Shown here piece after piece: positions 1 through 13,214 of a stretch of 64,000 bases of DNA (position 1 is its first letter; every line of letters starts with the position of its first letter). The DNA is from Histomonas meleagridis 2922-C6/04-290x. Taxonomy: Eukaryota; Protista; Parabasalia. The stretch spans positions 1-64,000 of the forward strand of contig JAANOX010000106.1 of NCBI GenBank assembly GCA_020184695.1, read 5' to 3'. The translations under genes were made by a program, and so were the position numbers. The notes beneath the pieces are model-generated. The model was not told where the DNA came from, ran no database searches, and worked only from the letters and a program-made list of their open reading frames with translations.

Positions 1-201
1 TTATTTGTTAATTTGATAGAAATATATGCTTTTATGGAATATGGTGTATTGATCAATTAAAAAATAATAAAAAAAGAGTGTTAAAATCTTCAAACATGAG
101 ATGGAAAACATACGATAAATTTATGGGGGTGCCCCGATAGTTGCAACCAAATAAAATTGAATTCTTTACACCAGATAACGTGCGCTATGGTCAAAACTTA
201 A

Positions 202-498
202 ATGGAATCAGAAACTTCACCAAAACCTGACCCATCACAAGATTCTTCAACTCAAGAAACTGTTAACTTAACAATAAAAGACCCTCAAGGAGAAGAGATA
301 TATTTCAGAGTTAAGAAAAGGGCAAAGATGGGGAGATTATTCAACGTGTATTGTAAACGTACAGGAATTGATCCAACAACCATGAGATTTTTCCATCAGG
401 GTGAAAGGATCAATGAAGAACAAACACCAGATGATCTTAATCTCAAAGATGGTGATGTTATCGATGCATTTGTTCGACAAGTGGCAGGAATGGCATAA
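202..498 (+). CDS. SUMO: SUMO-family ubiquitin-like modifier (C-terminus QVAG-MA instead of di-Gly)
   Basis: Acidic/Pro N-terminal arm followed by a SUMO-type Ubl core (VNLTIKDPQGEEIYFRVKK, MRFFHQGERINEEQTPDDLNLKDGDVIDAF). Confidence 0.85.
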   Translation: MESETSPKPDPSQDSSTQETVNLTIKDPQGEEIYFRVKKRAKMGRLFNVYCKRTGIDPTTMRFFHQGERINEEQTPDDLNLKDGDVIDAFVRQVAGMA

Positions 499-1261
499 CC
501 AGCTAAACTTGATGTAATAAAAACAAAGTTTGATTATATTCTAAACAAATGGTTTTGTTAATTAATATTTCTTCTCTGCCAAACCAATTTATTAATTATC
601 ATGATGACCAATATATTTTAGGATGTTACATTTATGATAAAAACTTACAACGAAAAGAAGTCCTTCAGATAGAGTACTTACAAGGGTTTAAAAGGGAATT
701 TAAAAGATATTTTTCGGAAAAAGATTTTATTCTGGAAAAAGCTGATGTTTATCGTTAAAAGTGACATATTTCGAAAAAAGTACTTTGGGTGCGCTAAAGG
801 AACCGCCCGCAATTGAAAGGAATTGAACATATCGGATTTTCCCGATAGGTTTTGTTCGATTTTTAATCGGCAAAGGGTAATTCCTCGTTGTAAAAAAACG
901 ATGGGAAATTTCAATGAAAATAATTCAATAAAAAATGCTTAACATTTATGACAATGATTTTTGTGTGGATATGGTATGTGTCATGGTGATTTTCATTAGT
1001 ATGTGGCAAAATGTTATCAAATAATGTCAGAATAAATGAATCGTATATTGGTTATTATAACAGGATTCTGTTAATCATATTATTATTCATATTGTATTTA
1101 TCATATTGTTAATCATAAATATATATAAATAAAAATACATGAAAGATAATTTTTATTAAATCAAATATCAAATTATATCAATCAAATGAAAGATTTCTTT
1201 ATTATGATATTCTTTTTTCAAAAATTCAGAATTTTAAGTAAACCTATTGTTACATCTCTCT

Positions 1262-1487
<226 letters not shown>

Positions 1488-1521
1488 TAAAATAAAAATA
1501 ATTTCTAATTAATGTTTGATT

Positions 1522-2382
1522 TTATCTGAAAAGATTTTTCCAAATATATCCGAAATCTCTTCCATGATTGACCCTAAAACAAAATTCGTGAAGGTAATCA
1601 GATAATTTATTTTTATCTGAGTAACCTTTTTTTCTTCGCCAAAGTTTTGCCGCAGCCCATAAAGATTCGATTCGTTGTGTATGTGCTAAAGTTTGAGGAT
1701 CCACAAAGTTCTGAGAATGATTTACTGTTAAATGGGAATAAGAATCTTTATTTAAATAAGAATATGATTTCCATTCATCACTTACAATAAGTGATGAAGG
1801 AGCAATCATTAATTTAATAATGGGTTGGAGAGTTTATATCTTCCTGTTTGGAACAGAAAAAAAATAAACTCTTCCTCCTTTGTTCCCATCGCAACCTCCA
1901 AATACCCATTGTTGTGGGACAATTCTTCCCACATGGTTTTAACGTTTTGTAAAAACGCTTTCGTCGATCTGCATATAATCTTTTAAAGGATTGCTTGTCA
2001 TTTCATTTAAATTTTTTCTTATCATTTCTTGTCGGAAGATGTCAAACCAATGAATAATTGTTGGCATTGACATTCCGACAACCTCGTGGGTAGTGTGAAT
2101 CGAAAAATCGGCACAAAAGCAAGCGAATATAAATAGAATTTTATTGATATCAGCTTTAACTGATTCATAAGGGAGAGGAGAATAAGCATGAACGGTTGTA
2201 AAACATAATCGATTTGTACATCTAAAATTCATATTTTGTATGTTAAATTTCATATATTTCTGGCATTTTTTGCAAGTAACGATCTCTGTGCGAGAAAAAG
2301 ATGCACCTGTAATTTGAGTAATATATGAAGAATGAAATCCTTGGCTTATAAGACTGCTTATTGCTTGGAAATTTAAATCCAT
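1522..2382 (-). pseudogene. Merlin/IS1595-family transposase with two in-frame TAA stops
   Basis: Track ORFs 1939..2382 and 1522..1809 share one frame: Zn-ribbon CKKC..CTNRLC, QIDESVFTKR*NHVGRIVPQQWVFGG, HTQRIESLW, YLHEFCFR; stops at 1939-1941 and 1834-1836. Confidence 0.88.
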
Positions 2383-2397
2383 TTATTCCTATATTTT

Positions 2398-2517
2398 TTG
2401 AATGTGAATCATTTATTCTGACACTTTTGAATGTGTTTCATTTATTCTGACACTTTTTGAATGTGATTCGTTTGTTCTAATACTTTTTGAGTGTAATTCA
2501 TTTATTTCGACAATATT
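2398..2517 (+). repeat. Four ~29-30 bp subterminal tandem repeats of the Merlin element
   Basis: Degenerate units of TTGAATGTGAATCATTTATTCTGACACTT abutting the right TIR. Confidence 0.75.
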
Positions 2518-3139
2518 TGATAACATTTTGACACATATTATTGAAAATCACCATGACACATACCATATCCACACAAAAATCATTGTCATAAATGTTAAGC
2601 ATTTTTTATTGAATTATTTTCATTGAAATTTCCCATCGTTTTTTTACAACGAGGAATTACCCTTTGCCGATTAAAAATCGAACAAAACCTATCGGGAAAA
2701 TCCGATATGTTCAATTCCTTTCAATTGCAAGCGGTTCCTTTGACGCACCCAGTACTTTTTTATTCCTTTGAACGTTTTTCGTTCGAATCCGATTGTCACC
2801 CCCCTATTTCGTAGAACGGGGCGTCCCATAACGTTACAAATTTTTCTATTTTTTTTATTTGAATAACTAGTTGCAATCGTATTTTTTTTAGCAGATACAT
2901 CTTATTATTTTTTTAAGAATTAATATAAGAACCTTAATAGTAGTAGTTGGGCATAATGTATTACGGATCAATTACATAACCGCAGACCAAATTTCCAATT
3001 TATTTCAATCGATTTTTGAAAAATAAATTTCGAACGATCCCACTTTTTCAGAGAAATGGTTTGGAATGTTTCGAAAGATTTTGAAAGTTTAGTAAGTTAT
3101 GCAGAAATAAAAACCAAACTCATTCAAATTAAGCCAATG

Positions 3140-4865
3140 TTCTCAAACTTATGCCAAATTATTTATACTTTAATTAAATTAATTCAAATTTTGTTAAATA
3201 TTTCAAACTTCAGCAAAATTTTACGAACTTTTGTGAACTTATTCAATTTTGAAAACATGAATTTTTTTAAATTTTTCTAATGAATTTTAATCTTGAAACT
3301 TTCGAAGAAAATGAAAAACTAGTTTTAACAGGAAATTAATCTTGCTATTGATTGAATATCAAGTGATGATGAAGAAGATTAAATGAAATATGATGCAGAT
3401 TTTATTATTAGTCAAGAAGATGATCACATGATGAAAACATTGACAAATTTCAAATGTCAAGAATTCTTAATTTTTTTCCAAGTCATAGAACCTTATCTGG
3501 AAAATGCTCATACAAGTGGAAGAAAACCAAAACTTTCAATTAAAACAATGTTTTTAATAGCACTATGCTCTTGTAAGCATGCTTTGAGTTTTGTTTTCCT
3601 TCAAATGCAATTTGGTTATGACAATTCCTATTTGAAAAGAATTGTCTTTCAAACAATTTCAATTTGTCATAACATTTTATTCAATTTTGCAGTTCGATGG
3701 ATTTCACAAAAAGAAAATGAAAGAGATGGGATTTTATTTGAACATTTTCCATTTGCTACACGTGCTATTGATGCTTCTGTACAAGTATCAAAATCAAACT
3801 TAGATTGGTATTCAGGAAAACATAAGAAACATTGTATCAAAATGCAAGCAGCTGTTGGTCCAAAAGGATTGTTAATTGATTTAAGAGGATCAGTTAAAGG
3901 TTCTACACATGACTTCAAAATGTTCCAAAAAAGTGGATTACTAAATATCTATTTATCTGAAATGAATCGTTACATATCAATGTTCCCAAATAAATTTGCT
4001 CCAACAGCTATTTTTGATAAGGGATATATAGAAATTAAAAATATTTATCCTGGTGCAGAAACACCTTCAAGAAAACAAGAAACGGATTAACAACACAACA
4101 ACAAAATTACAATTAAAATATCAATCATGATAGAGTCATTGTTGAAAGATGGTTTGGTAGACACAAAAGTTTATGGAAAATCATGTTTTCAAGATTATCC
4201 TTTGAATTAGATAGATACGAAATGACGTATATCTTTTGTAGTGCTTTAACAAACTTTCATATTTTCAATTATTTTTTGACTGAAAATGATCCAGTGGTTC
4301 CAGAAATGCACTAAACCAAAAATTGAAAAATATTTTTTTTCTTATTCAGAAGAAATTATTCCATTTGTTTCTCACTTGCGCTTATTATATGAAGTGCAAG
4401 AGGTGGATATTAATAATCAATTATTAAATTGCTTATCAATATCAACAACAATTCGGTGAAAATTCCAAGTATTTTTTTATTTGTTGTCTAGTTTATTGTC
4501 TTTTTTGCTTTTCTTTCAACAAATCAGTATTTTGCTTCCATAATTCCAATTGCCCTTCATTTGAACTTATCATTTGAAGTTCAAAAGATTGATACTGATA
4601 ATCAATTCTTAAATTTCTTATAATTATCAATAGCAATTTTTTTTCCAAATATAAACTCACTATAGTATTTTTAGGCATACCTGTAAATGTCATTATAAAA
4701 TAATAAATGGTTATTCTAGAAATTTTGTTTTGAATTTTCCAATAACCGTAAAATTGTATTCAAATTTTGATAAGTTCCGTAAAATAAATTTGGCAAAAGT
4801 TTGAGAATTTTGGCCATCTCCAAATAGATTTTTCCGAAGTCAGAAATTTGGCATAAGTTTGAGAA
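3140..4865 (+). mobile_element. PIF/Harbinger or ISL2EU (IS5-like) transposon remnant, minimum extent
   Basis: A perfect 21-bp inverted pair (3140-3160 and 4845-4865, TTCTCAAACTTATGCCAAATT) flanks the DDE_Tnp_4-type transposase; true termini and TSD could not be resolved. Confidence 0.5.
3383..4314 (+). pseudogene. Harbinger/IS5-like DDE transposase (HTH_Tnp_4 + DDE_Tnp_4), frameshifted
   Basis: RAIDAS, YSGKHKKHCIKMQ, GSTHD and IFDKGY; after a frameshift near 4080 the frame continues DRVIVERWFGRHKSLWKI..ALTNFH and contains one TAA. Confidence 0.82.
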
Positions 4866-4974
4866 GATTAGTTAAAGTTTGAAATATAAAGTCAGAAATA
4901 AAAACTCTCGAAACTTCTCCATTATCATACCATCAATTTGATTTTCAATAAAATCATTGTATCTTCTGTAGATT

Positions 4975-5455
4975 TTTTTGGGAAAAATGAGCACCATAGA
5001 GGACATCCAGAGTGGATGTCAGTAGAAGGATCATGGGTCATGGGAGGAGTAGAAAGAACACCAGAAAAGAAACTTTTCGCACAAAAGGTAAACAATAGAA
5101 ACATCGAAACCTTATCTAATATGATTTTTTTGATGTAGAAAAAGGATCAATAATATATACAGATTGTTGAAGTGCATACATGCCAGCAATCGAATATTAA
5201 ACAAAAATCTAGATTTTTACAATTGTAATTACACTCAAACAAGTAGACCATCCCGAAGGATTTAAATCCGATGAAGGAATCATACCAATACCATTGAGGG
5301 AATATGGAATGGTATCAGATGTTACTGTGTTCAGTCCATAAAAATCAAAAATATATAGAAGGTCATTATTTATTTAGATTTATTTAGGAAAGACGAAAAA
5401 AAAAAAAATTTGTTGAATGCTTTTCTAATAGCACTCAAAGATATTCAATATGAAT
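4975..5455 (+). pseudogene. Second, divergent Merlin/IS1595 transposase fragment (C-terminal half)
   Basis: HHRGH..VEGSWVMGGVER..RNIETL, VEKGSIIYTDC*SAY and HTNTIEGIWNG in shifting frames. Confidence 0.75.
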
Positions 5456-7028
5456 AGAAAATCAATTTTTATTTATTTTTATTTGGATTTTTTATAATAA
5501 TTATTATTGTTTTTTTATTATGAGTTTCATTTTTTATTCATGCTTTGTTTTTATTCATATGGGAGCATATTTCACATACGCACTTTTATACGCGCTTTAC
5601 GTAATAAACCATTCAAATACTTACTTTTTTGAATGCATGCCGATTCAATCATAAAAAATTCCAATTATTTTAATTTTTTCTAAACTTCGTAAATCAAACT
5701 TACAGATCATAGATAAAATTAATTCATAATATAACTTATATAAAGTAATTAAATAATTTGATATTAAATCTTCAAAAAATTAATTATAAAATAGAATAAG
5801 ATCGATTTAAAAAAATATTTTTATTTTGAAATTCCGATAGCATTAATCGAATCTACACATTTAGCAACGTATATCTATAATGTTTTTTTTGATTAAAATA
5901 ATTTGTATTTATGGGAAGAAATGATGATATTTTTTGAAAAATTGAGTCGTATTCAATTATTGAATGAGTATTCAATTAATACGCGGAAAAACCGTAAATA
6001 AAAACGACACATTCAAAACAATTTGACATACGATATTCAACTCAAAAGTGATATTTTGTTTGTAATAAAAATATCTGAATTATAAATGATGAATTAATAA
6101 TTTCAGAATTATTATAATATTAACAAACATTAATAATTATTGATCATATCAAAGTTTCATTAATTTTATTAAAGTGAATTTTTTAATCTCAATTTGATTG
6201 CATTCGAAATTTAGATCTTATGATTATTATAAATAATACATACTAATATATGCATTCATTCTTTATTAATTATTTTATTCATTCATTATTATTATTGATC
6301 ATAATTCATTTTTAACATTTATCATTACTAATTAAATATAATAGTCATCATTAAACATTAGATTTATCATTCTTTATTATTAATTATTACTGATCATTTA
6401 TTATTATGTTCATTAATGAATAACATTTATGTATAACATTTGTAAATAACATTATGCACAACATTACATTATTAATAATATTAATAAATGACATTCGTAA
6501 AATATCGAATTTTGATCTGCTTAGTGTAAGACAATATGTGGTTCGTTTCATTTATTTATAGCTATGATTCCGCTAAAGTGTAGTTAGTCGACATGTTGAT
6601 GTTATGTTTTCTGAATGACATTTTTTCAGCTCTGAAAATTAAATGCATTCAAAATTGACAGCATAACCGTCAAAATATCCTCATCAAATCAAATTTTTTT
6701 TTATTTTAATGTTTTATCTATTTTTTTTTAAATTTTAAAAGCGAAAAGTTCACGTGATTAAATGATTTAAAAAAAATGGGGTCACATCCATGGGATAAAG
6801 CTATGATTTTTTTAAACTAAAAATAATCGTTCGTACAACTTTTTGTATGAACGATACATTTAATTTTTTTCGTTTTTTGAGAATCACAATATCTTTTAAA
6901 AAAATGCGAAAATGAAAATTTCGAATAAAAAACATTTTTTTGAAATTCCATACTTTGATGAAGCAGAAAATTGACACGCACTTGAAAAAATTTTTAAAAA
7001 TTATTCTGTGAATCTATTTTTTATATTA

Positions 7029-9091
7029 TAGTAAGGTCTGATTGGTGTGAAAATGTCTGAAATGAAGTGAAAATCTGTCACTCTGACATCTATCGGCCCT
7101 TCTCAAAATTGAATGAAGGCTAAACGTACGAGCAATTTTAAGCCAGTTTTCTGGGTGAAAATGCTAGTTATCAATGAATAAACAATATCCATTCAATACA
7201 TAATTTTTTTTCCTTTATGAATGTATCATAAAAACTCAAAAATCATCAAATTTTAAGAATAATTTCGATTTTGAAAATCTGTGTAAAACTCGAGTTTTTT
7301 GATATAATTCGATTGAAATATATGAGCGCATTTATAAGCATACAAAATTTTGTGAAAATTTCCTTTACTGATTCAATTTCACTTCATTTCTTGTTGATAA
7401 ATTTTTAGTTATCTGCAACATATTCATGTGTTGCTTCTCTTATTAATTTATCCCTAAATTCTTCTTCGAATTCAATGTCAATTACTTGACCATTGTGAAT
7501 TTTCAATTTAAATCCTGCAGCTTCCCACGAACTTCGAATCAATTCCTCATTGACAGAGGATTGATATGCCTTTTTGATTTTTTAAAGTGTTTGAGTAAAC
7601 TTGGAATATGCTTTGTCAACAAAAATTGTTGAATATTTTCTGTTCAGTGCAGAGAACAAAGACACATCAAGCATTTGAACTATATGACTTGAGTGAGACG
7701 GAATTGGAATAAATTCGATATCTCCGATTTCATTAAGTGCTTGCTCAATTTCGGGTCCAAAATGTGCCGTGCATCCATCAGCGATTATTACACAATGCTT
7801 GTTTCCTTCTATGTTATCACGAATTAATTTAACATATGGAGCAAGGTAATATTTGACCCAAAATAGCATCGAATCCTGCGTCATATATCCCTTAGGAGTA
7901 TAAATTCATGTCCCCCATCGACAAAAGAAAGTTTCTTTGAGATCTTGATCAAAAGTCTTCCTGGTAGACAGTAAAAGTGGTCGTATTGATAGAAATGAAG
8001 CTGTAATTGCTGCTACAAGAGATATGTGATGCTGTTCGACTGTTGCCCTCCAGTATGGTTTTATTTCACAATCATTGCATATAAAAACGCTTTTTGTTTT
8101 ACCCTTATCTGGTCGCTTGCTGAAACCCGTTTCATCGAAATTTATCAATGAATGCGGATTTGGAGGGTCAGTCAAAATGCGCTCGATATTGGCAATATAT
8201 TGATGAACTTGAGCAATATCAATTGAAGCTCTTTCTACATCTACGCATGGAACTTTGACTTTTGTAATTCGATCTTGATGTCTTTTACGAAAATTAAAAC
8301 ACCAATCTCGACTGAAATCACGATCTATAACTGTCCTTTTCTTATATATTTCAGATGCAATATCCCTGACTTCTTTTCCTGTGAGACAAGAATTGTGGCA
8401 TTGTCCATTAAAAATAGAATTAATAAATGAAAATTACTTCTTCTTCAGTTAGTAATTGTGCTGGTGGTGGAATTTTTTCTTTTATAACGTTGACATCATC
8501 ACCTCTATGCGCTATATAGTATTTGCGCGTAGATATGCCGAGAACTTGTCACAATTGATTTACAGTTATTGTTGGATGAAATGATTAAACATGCGAATGA
8601 GTAATGATTTTTCGGAACGAAATTCAGCACTACGACATGAAGTGTGGACCTTCATGCCATCACCAAAACCAAAAGTATTGCAGCATTGCGTCAATGTCGG
8701 AATAGAATTTGAATTCATCTCACAAATAAAAATGAAGTGAAATTGAATCAGTAAAGGAAATTTTCACAAAATTTTGTATGCTTATAAATGCGCTCATATA
8801 TTTCAATCGAATTATATCAAAAAACTCGAGTTTTACACAGATTTTCAAAATCGAAATTATTCTTAAAATTTGATGATTTTTGAGTTTTTATGATACATTC
8901 ATAAAGGAAAAAAAATTATGTATTGAATGGATATTGTTTATTCATTGATAACTACATTTTTTCACCCAGAAAACTGGCTTAAAATTGCTCGTACGTTTAG
9001 CCTTCATTCAATTTTGAGAAGGGCCGATAGATGTCAGAGTGACAGATTTTCACTTCATTTCAGACATTTTCACACCAATCAGACCTTACTA
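7029..9091 (-). mobile_element. pogo-like (Tc1/mariner superfamily, DDE_1) transposon with long TIRs
   Basis: TIRs at 7029-7389 and 8730-9091 start TAGTAAGG and are identical except for one small local difference; TA TSD at 7027-7028 and 9092-9093. Confidence 0.92.
7405..8719 (-). pseudogene. pogo/DDE_1 transposase, disrupted
   Basis: HTH region FSRDWCFNFRKRH, then INFDETG, IIADGCTAH and PSHSSHIVQMLDVSLF; in-frame TGA (7906) and TAA (7582) plus N-terminal frameshifts. Confidence 0.85.
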
Positions 9092-9433
9092 TAAAAAAGA
9101 TAAAATTGATCAGTTGTTAATTATGTACCAATATAATGTATTTGTTATATATGTGTTAAATGATAAAATTAATCAAATTTCTCTACAATAATATATATAT
9201 AATACTTAATTTCCATACGAATGAATGACTATGACACAGAAGCTAAAGGGAATATGATTTCATCATTTTGAAATTGCTTTTTTCATAACTGTTCATAAAT
9301 GGTCGCTGAAAAATTAAAAGCAGTTGTTTTTGAAAACAAATATATATAATAAATAACTGTCGAATAAAAATTGATATATTATGAGCAATAACCTCAGATT
9401 TTCATGCAGAAATATATCGTTAATTGTTAATTT

Positions 9434-10560
9434 TTACTTTTTCCCTTGGTTTTGAAAGAAATCCTCCTGGAAAATAGAAGCATAAACTCGTTTCCTCCAT
9501 TTCTTTATAATTTCACGAGAATTACCATCCAGATTAGCAAATTTTTCCTCTTCTATAACCACTCGATATATTTCCAATATTTGTAGCTCCAAGTGTCCTA
9601 CAACAATCTCTGGTTTGATCTCTTCAATTGTTTCTAGCATTTTAACATGAGTCGATATGTATTTGTTTTCCGCATCTAGATCGATTTGATAAAGTTTGAA
9701 TTTTTTCTTTTTCTGAACATCTGGCCATTCTAGATTTGATTTTTGATATCTAATGATCGGATCAGTGATATTAAAATGATCAAGAACAAATTCATCACCC
9801 TCTATATTTCTATAAGGACATAAGCAAGTGTGAAGGCAATCAGCGTCTTTTGATCCATATCTCTGCTCATTAATTTTTTTTGCATCACATGTGCAATCAT
9901 CCTTTGTAAAATTTTGAATATTTTCTCTTTTTATAATTCGAAACTCTGCTTTTATTCGAAGTCTATTTATGTTTCTTATTATTCCAGCTTTTCCATTCCC
10001 ATTGAAATTTCTATGAGATTCTATCACATAATCGACTAAATTAGCTATTCTATTAAATGTACTTAATTTACTTTTCTTTTTAATAGTTTGACAGAGCCTC
10101 GTTATTAGAAATTCTGCCAATGATTATGGGTTAAATAGTTCAATGAGGTGTCTATGACAAATGAACCTTTTCAGTGAATATTTTTCGCATGTTTTTTTCA
10201 AAGCCTTCCATAAATCGCATAGTACATCCATATTCGAATTTAAATTTAAGTTTCCTAATAATCTAAGTTGATATATTTAATTTGTTCATTTGTTAATTTT
10301 GAAATTTTTATCTCCCTACTCAGTTTGTTTCAACGTCATTTTCCTGTGAAGTGACCAATGAACTTGAATACTTTACTTGATTTTAACTCGATAGAGGACA
10401 TTAAAAAAATAATTACAGCTATGGTGCGCGGAAATGTCACTCCACTTTCGAGAACGATCAAAATCAATTGAAAAAGTGGTAATGTCAAAATATATACAAT
10501 CGATGGATCCAGAGCATCAAACAATGATGGAAATTTATGTTTAATCGAGACCAACAGCAT
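9434..10560 (-). pseudogene. Mutator-like (MULE) transposase C-terminal remnant with SWIM-like finger
   Basis: Just upstream of ORF 9434..10120 the frame reads DVLCDLWKAL..RFICHRHLIELF (MULE CxxH-like); the ORF contains DCTC..CLH (SWIM CxC-CxH pattern). Confidence 0.5.
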
Positions 10561-11465
10561 CAATACGTACTAGAGATTATTTTAATACTCACAAATGCAA
10601 TTAGTCAAGCTGCAAATGGTAACATTGATTCAGGTGATCATTCTTTTGATTTTATTAAATATCCTCCACATCAATCCTGTCTTACTACCACTGTGACAAG
10701 TGAGATGGCCAATAAACTTATTGCTGGATATTTAAAGTTCAATAATTTTGATCACACATTTTTCTTGTTTTGTAAGGAAGCAAAAATCAATGATAGAGAA
10801 ATTATTGATGAGCATCTAGTTGAAACTCTTCAAAATTCATTAGTATACACGAAAAATGAAAAGGAAGTGAAAACTAAAATTTCCGAAGAAAACATCTTGT
10901 TCAATTTTGGAAATCATCTTGAACTCCTCTCTAAAGTTAATATTTTGATAATAAATATGTTGCTTGAAGAAGAGCGAATTACTATGCGAGAAATTTCTTC
11001 TCACTTTAGGTGTTCCAACACTTCATTTCAGAAAGTTTTTCAAAAGAATAATATTGAATATCCAAAACTCAAAAGAGGGAGGCATTTAAAGAATGTAGAA
11101 CAAAATGCGATCGATATCATTTTGCAATACACTTAAAAATTCAGAGTTGGTTACAAAAGGATGACAGATGTTTCTCTAAGTAAAGGATAGAGTGTTTCTC
11201 AGAACCAGATCCGAAAGGTTTATGAAAGTAATGATTTATTTATGTTTGAAAAAGAATATAAACCTGAAAATGAACATAAACTTAGATTTGTTGCGCCATT
11301 TGTTAATCAGATTTGAAACACTGATCTTCATTACTTAGATAAAAGGTAAGGGGAAGAACAAAAATATTTAATAAGTTTCATCGATGATAGATCTCGAAAA
11401 ATTTTGTATCATGATAATTTCGACTTACAACAACTTTTGTGAAATTATAATCATAGAAATCATTT
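10537..11465 (+). pseudogene. LisH-like + HTH + rve-type DDE integrase/transposase, truncated next to the mariner insertion
   Basis: EMANKLIAGYLKFNNFDHTFFLFCKEA (LisH pattern) and ITMREISSHFRCS (HTH). The same frame continues through 4-5 stops to RFVAPFVNQI*NTDLHYL..YLISFIDDRSRKILYH (first Asp of an integrase core). The true start may be the ATG at 10706. Confidence 0.68.
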
Positions 11466-11467
11466 TA

Positions 11468-12751
11468 CAGGGGGGTGAAAAAGTACCCGACCCACCCCTG
11501 TAATTCTTTATTAAGAATGAATTAAAACATAAAATGGTATTTATATATAAGTATAAACTTTTGTGTATTTAAGTATATAAAAATTTTTAAAAAATATAAA
11601 TTCAGTAAAAAGTTATATACGTTTAAATTTTCGAACGTTTAAAATAATTGGTATTATGTCTATTGAGCAAAGGTATATCATTCATTTTTAAATGCTACAA
11701 GGCCAAGGTTGCAGGAAAATCAAAAAGCAATTAGATGAAACGTATAAGGAGGAAGCATACTCTGAAATCCAAATAAAATTTTGGATCAAAAGCTGGAAGG
11801 AGGGTAGAACCACAGGCGAAGATCTCCCAAGGAGTGGAAGGCCAAAAATCGATATTAAGAAATTAATTTTAAATTTTCTCAATGATGAACCTTATGCATC
11901 AACCAAGGTAATGGCAAAAGCTTTCCACGTTGATAAATTTTTTGTTAAGAGAAACTTATTAGTAATGAATTATAAAAAATATCCAAAAGAATGGATTCCT
12001 CATTTACTCACTAATGAACAAAAATTAAAAAGGGACCAAGAATCAGAAGAACTTTTAAAGATACTTAAGGCAGATGAACCAAACAATTTTGCCAATATTA
12101 TTACTGGTGATGAAAGTTGGTTTAATATGCATTATGATCATGTATTTCAATGGGCACCAAATCCAGATTCTGTTACACCAAGGTTGAGACAAAGTATCAA
12201 TACAAAAAAACGGATGGTTACAATATTCTTTACTGGTGTTGGCCTTGTAACAGTTAAGATTTTAGATTTGAGTTTAAAATTTAATTCAACACATTTTTGT
12301 GGATGCATTTTATCCAGCATCGTCAAAAATGGACGAATTGGTACTAGAAAAAAAAAGGTTAAGGAAATGTTTATTCATATGGACAACTGTCGCATTCATA
12401 ATTCAAAAGTGACCACTGATTGTATAAAAAAAAGCGGACTAATAAGAGCACCCCATCCGCCATATTCCCCCGATATTGCACCAAGTGACTTCTGGTTTTT
12501 CGGATACTCGAAAAACAAGTTCGCAGGTAAATCATTTAACGATGAAAAAGAGTTAAAAAGTGCCATTAAAGAAATATGGGACAATCTTACTTTCGAAGAC
12601 CTTCAAAATGTGTTCCATGAATGGATTAATTGATTGGAAGATGTCATTAGAAACAATGGTGAATACATTAATTAAAAACATTAACTAAATTTATTAATAT
12701 TAAGATTTTAGCATTTTTGAAAGGTGGGTTGGATACTTTTTCAGCCCCCTG
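11468..12751 (+). mobile_element. Mariner (DD34D) transposon, 1284 bp
   Basis: ~31-bp TIRs CAGGGGG(G/C)TGAAAAAGTA(C/T)CC(G/A)ACCCACC; TA TSD at 11466-11467 and 12752-12753. Confidence 0.93.
11656..12675 (+). pseudogene. Mariner transposase with two nonsense mutations
   Basis: ATG 11656 MSIEQRYIIHF*MLQ; WIPH, ITGDESW, HMDNCRIH, YSPDIAPSDF (34 residues between the 2nd and 3rd Asp); WIN*LEDVIRNNGEY. Confidence 0.9.
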
Positions 12752-13214
12752 TATTAGATCACAGAAAAAATGAAACCAAGATAATGAATTTTAAAACATA
12801 TTTTTTTGAGAAATAAAAAAACCATATGAAATGTTTTGAAAATGTTTGAAGATAATGAACAAAATATATCTTTAATTTGTATATCATAAAAATTTTATTA
12901 CAATAAAAACAAGTACCCATGTTTCGAACAGACAATGTACTAAATTTAATACTAATTCCGAAACAGACTTATTCCGGAATAAATTTATTGAAATAAAACT
13001 TATTCGGTAATAAGTCATTTTTACAGAAAAATTTTCATGAAATAGCCTAAAGTTTATAAAGTTTACATGCAAACTTTTCATTCAATTTTTTTCGGTTCGT
13101 TCACAACAAATTAAACGGTCTTATACCATAAACTTTTGAAAAGTGAAAAATTTTGCTATGAAAATTGGATTTCGGTTCTTGTGACCATTCCACATGTGAA
13201 AAACAAAAATTTTT

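Noticed and set aside
549-758. 69-aa ORF downstream of SUMO
   Set aside because: No recognisable motif and too short to support as a gene.
5830-6560. MITE-like inverted repeat around an AT-rich stretch
   Set aside because: Only a short, weak inverted match (GCTAAA..GTGTAG) and no TSD.
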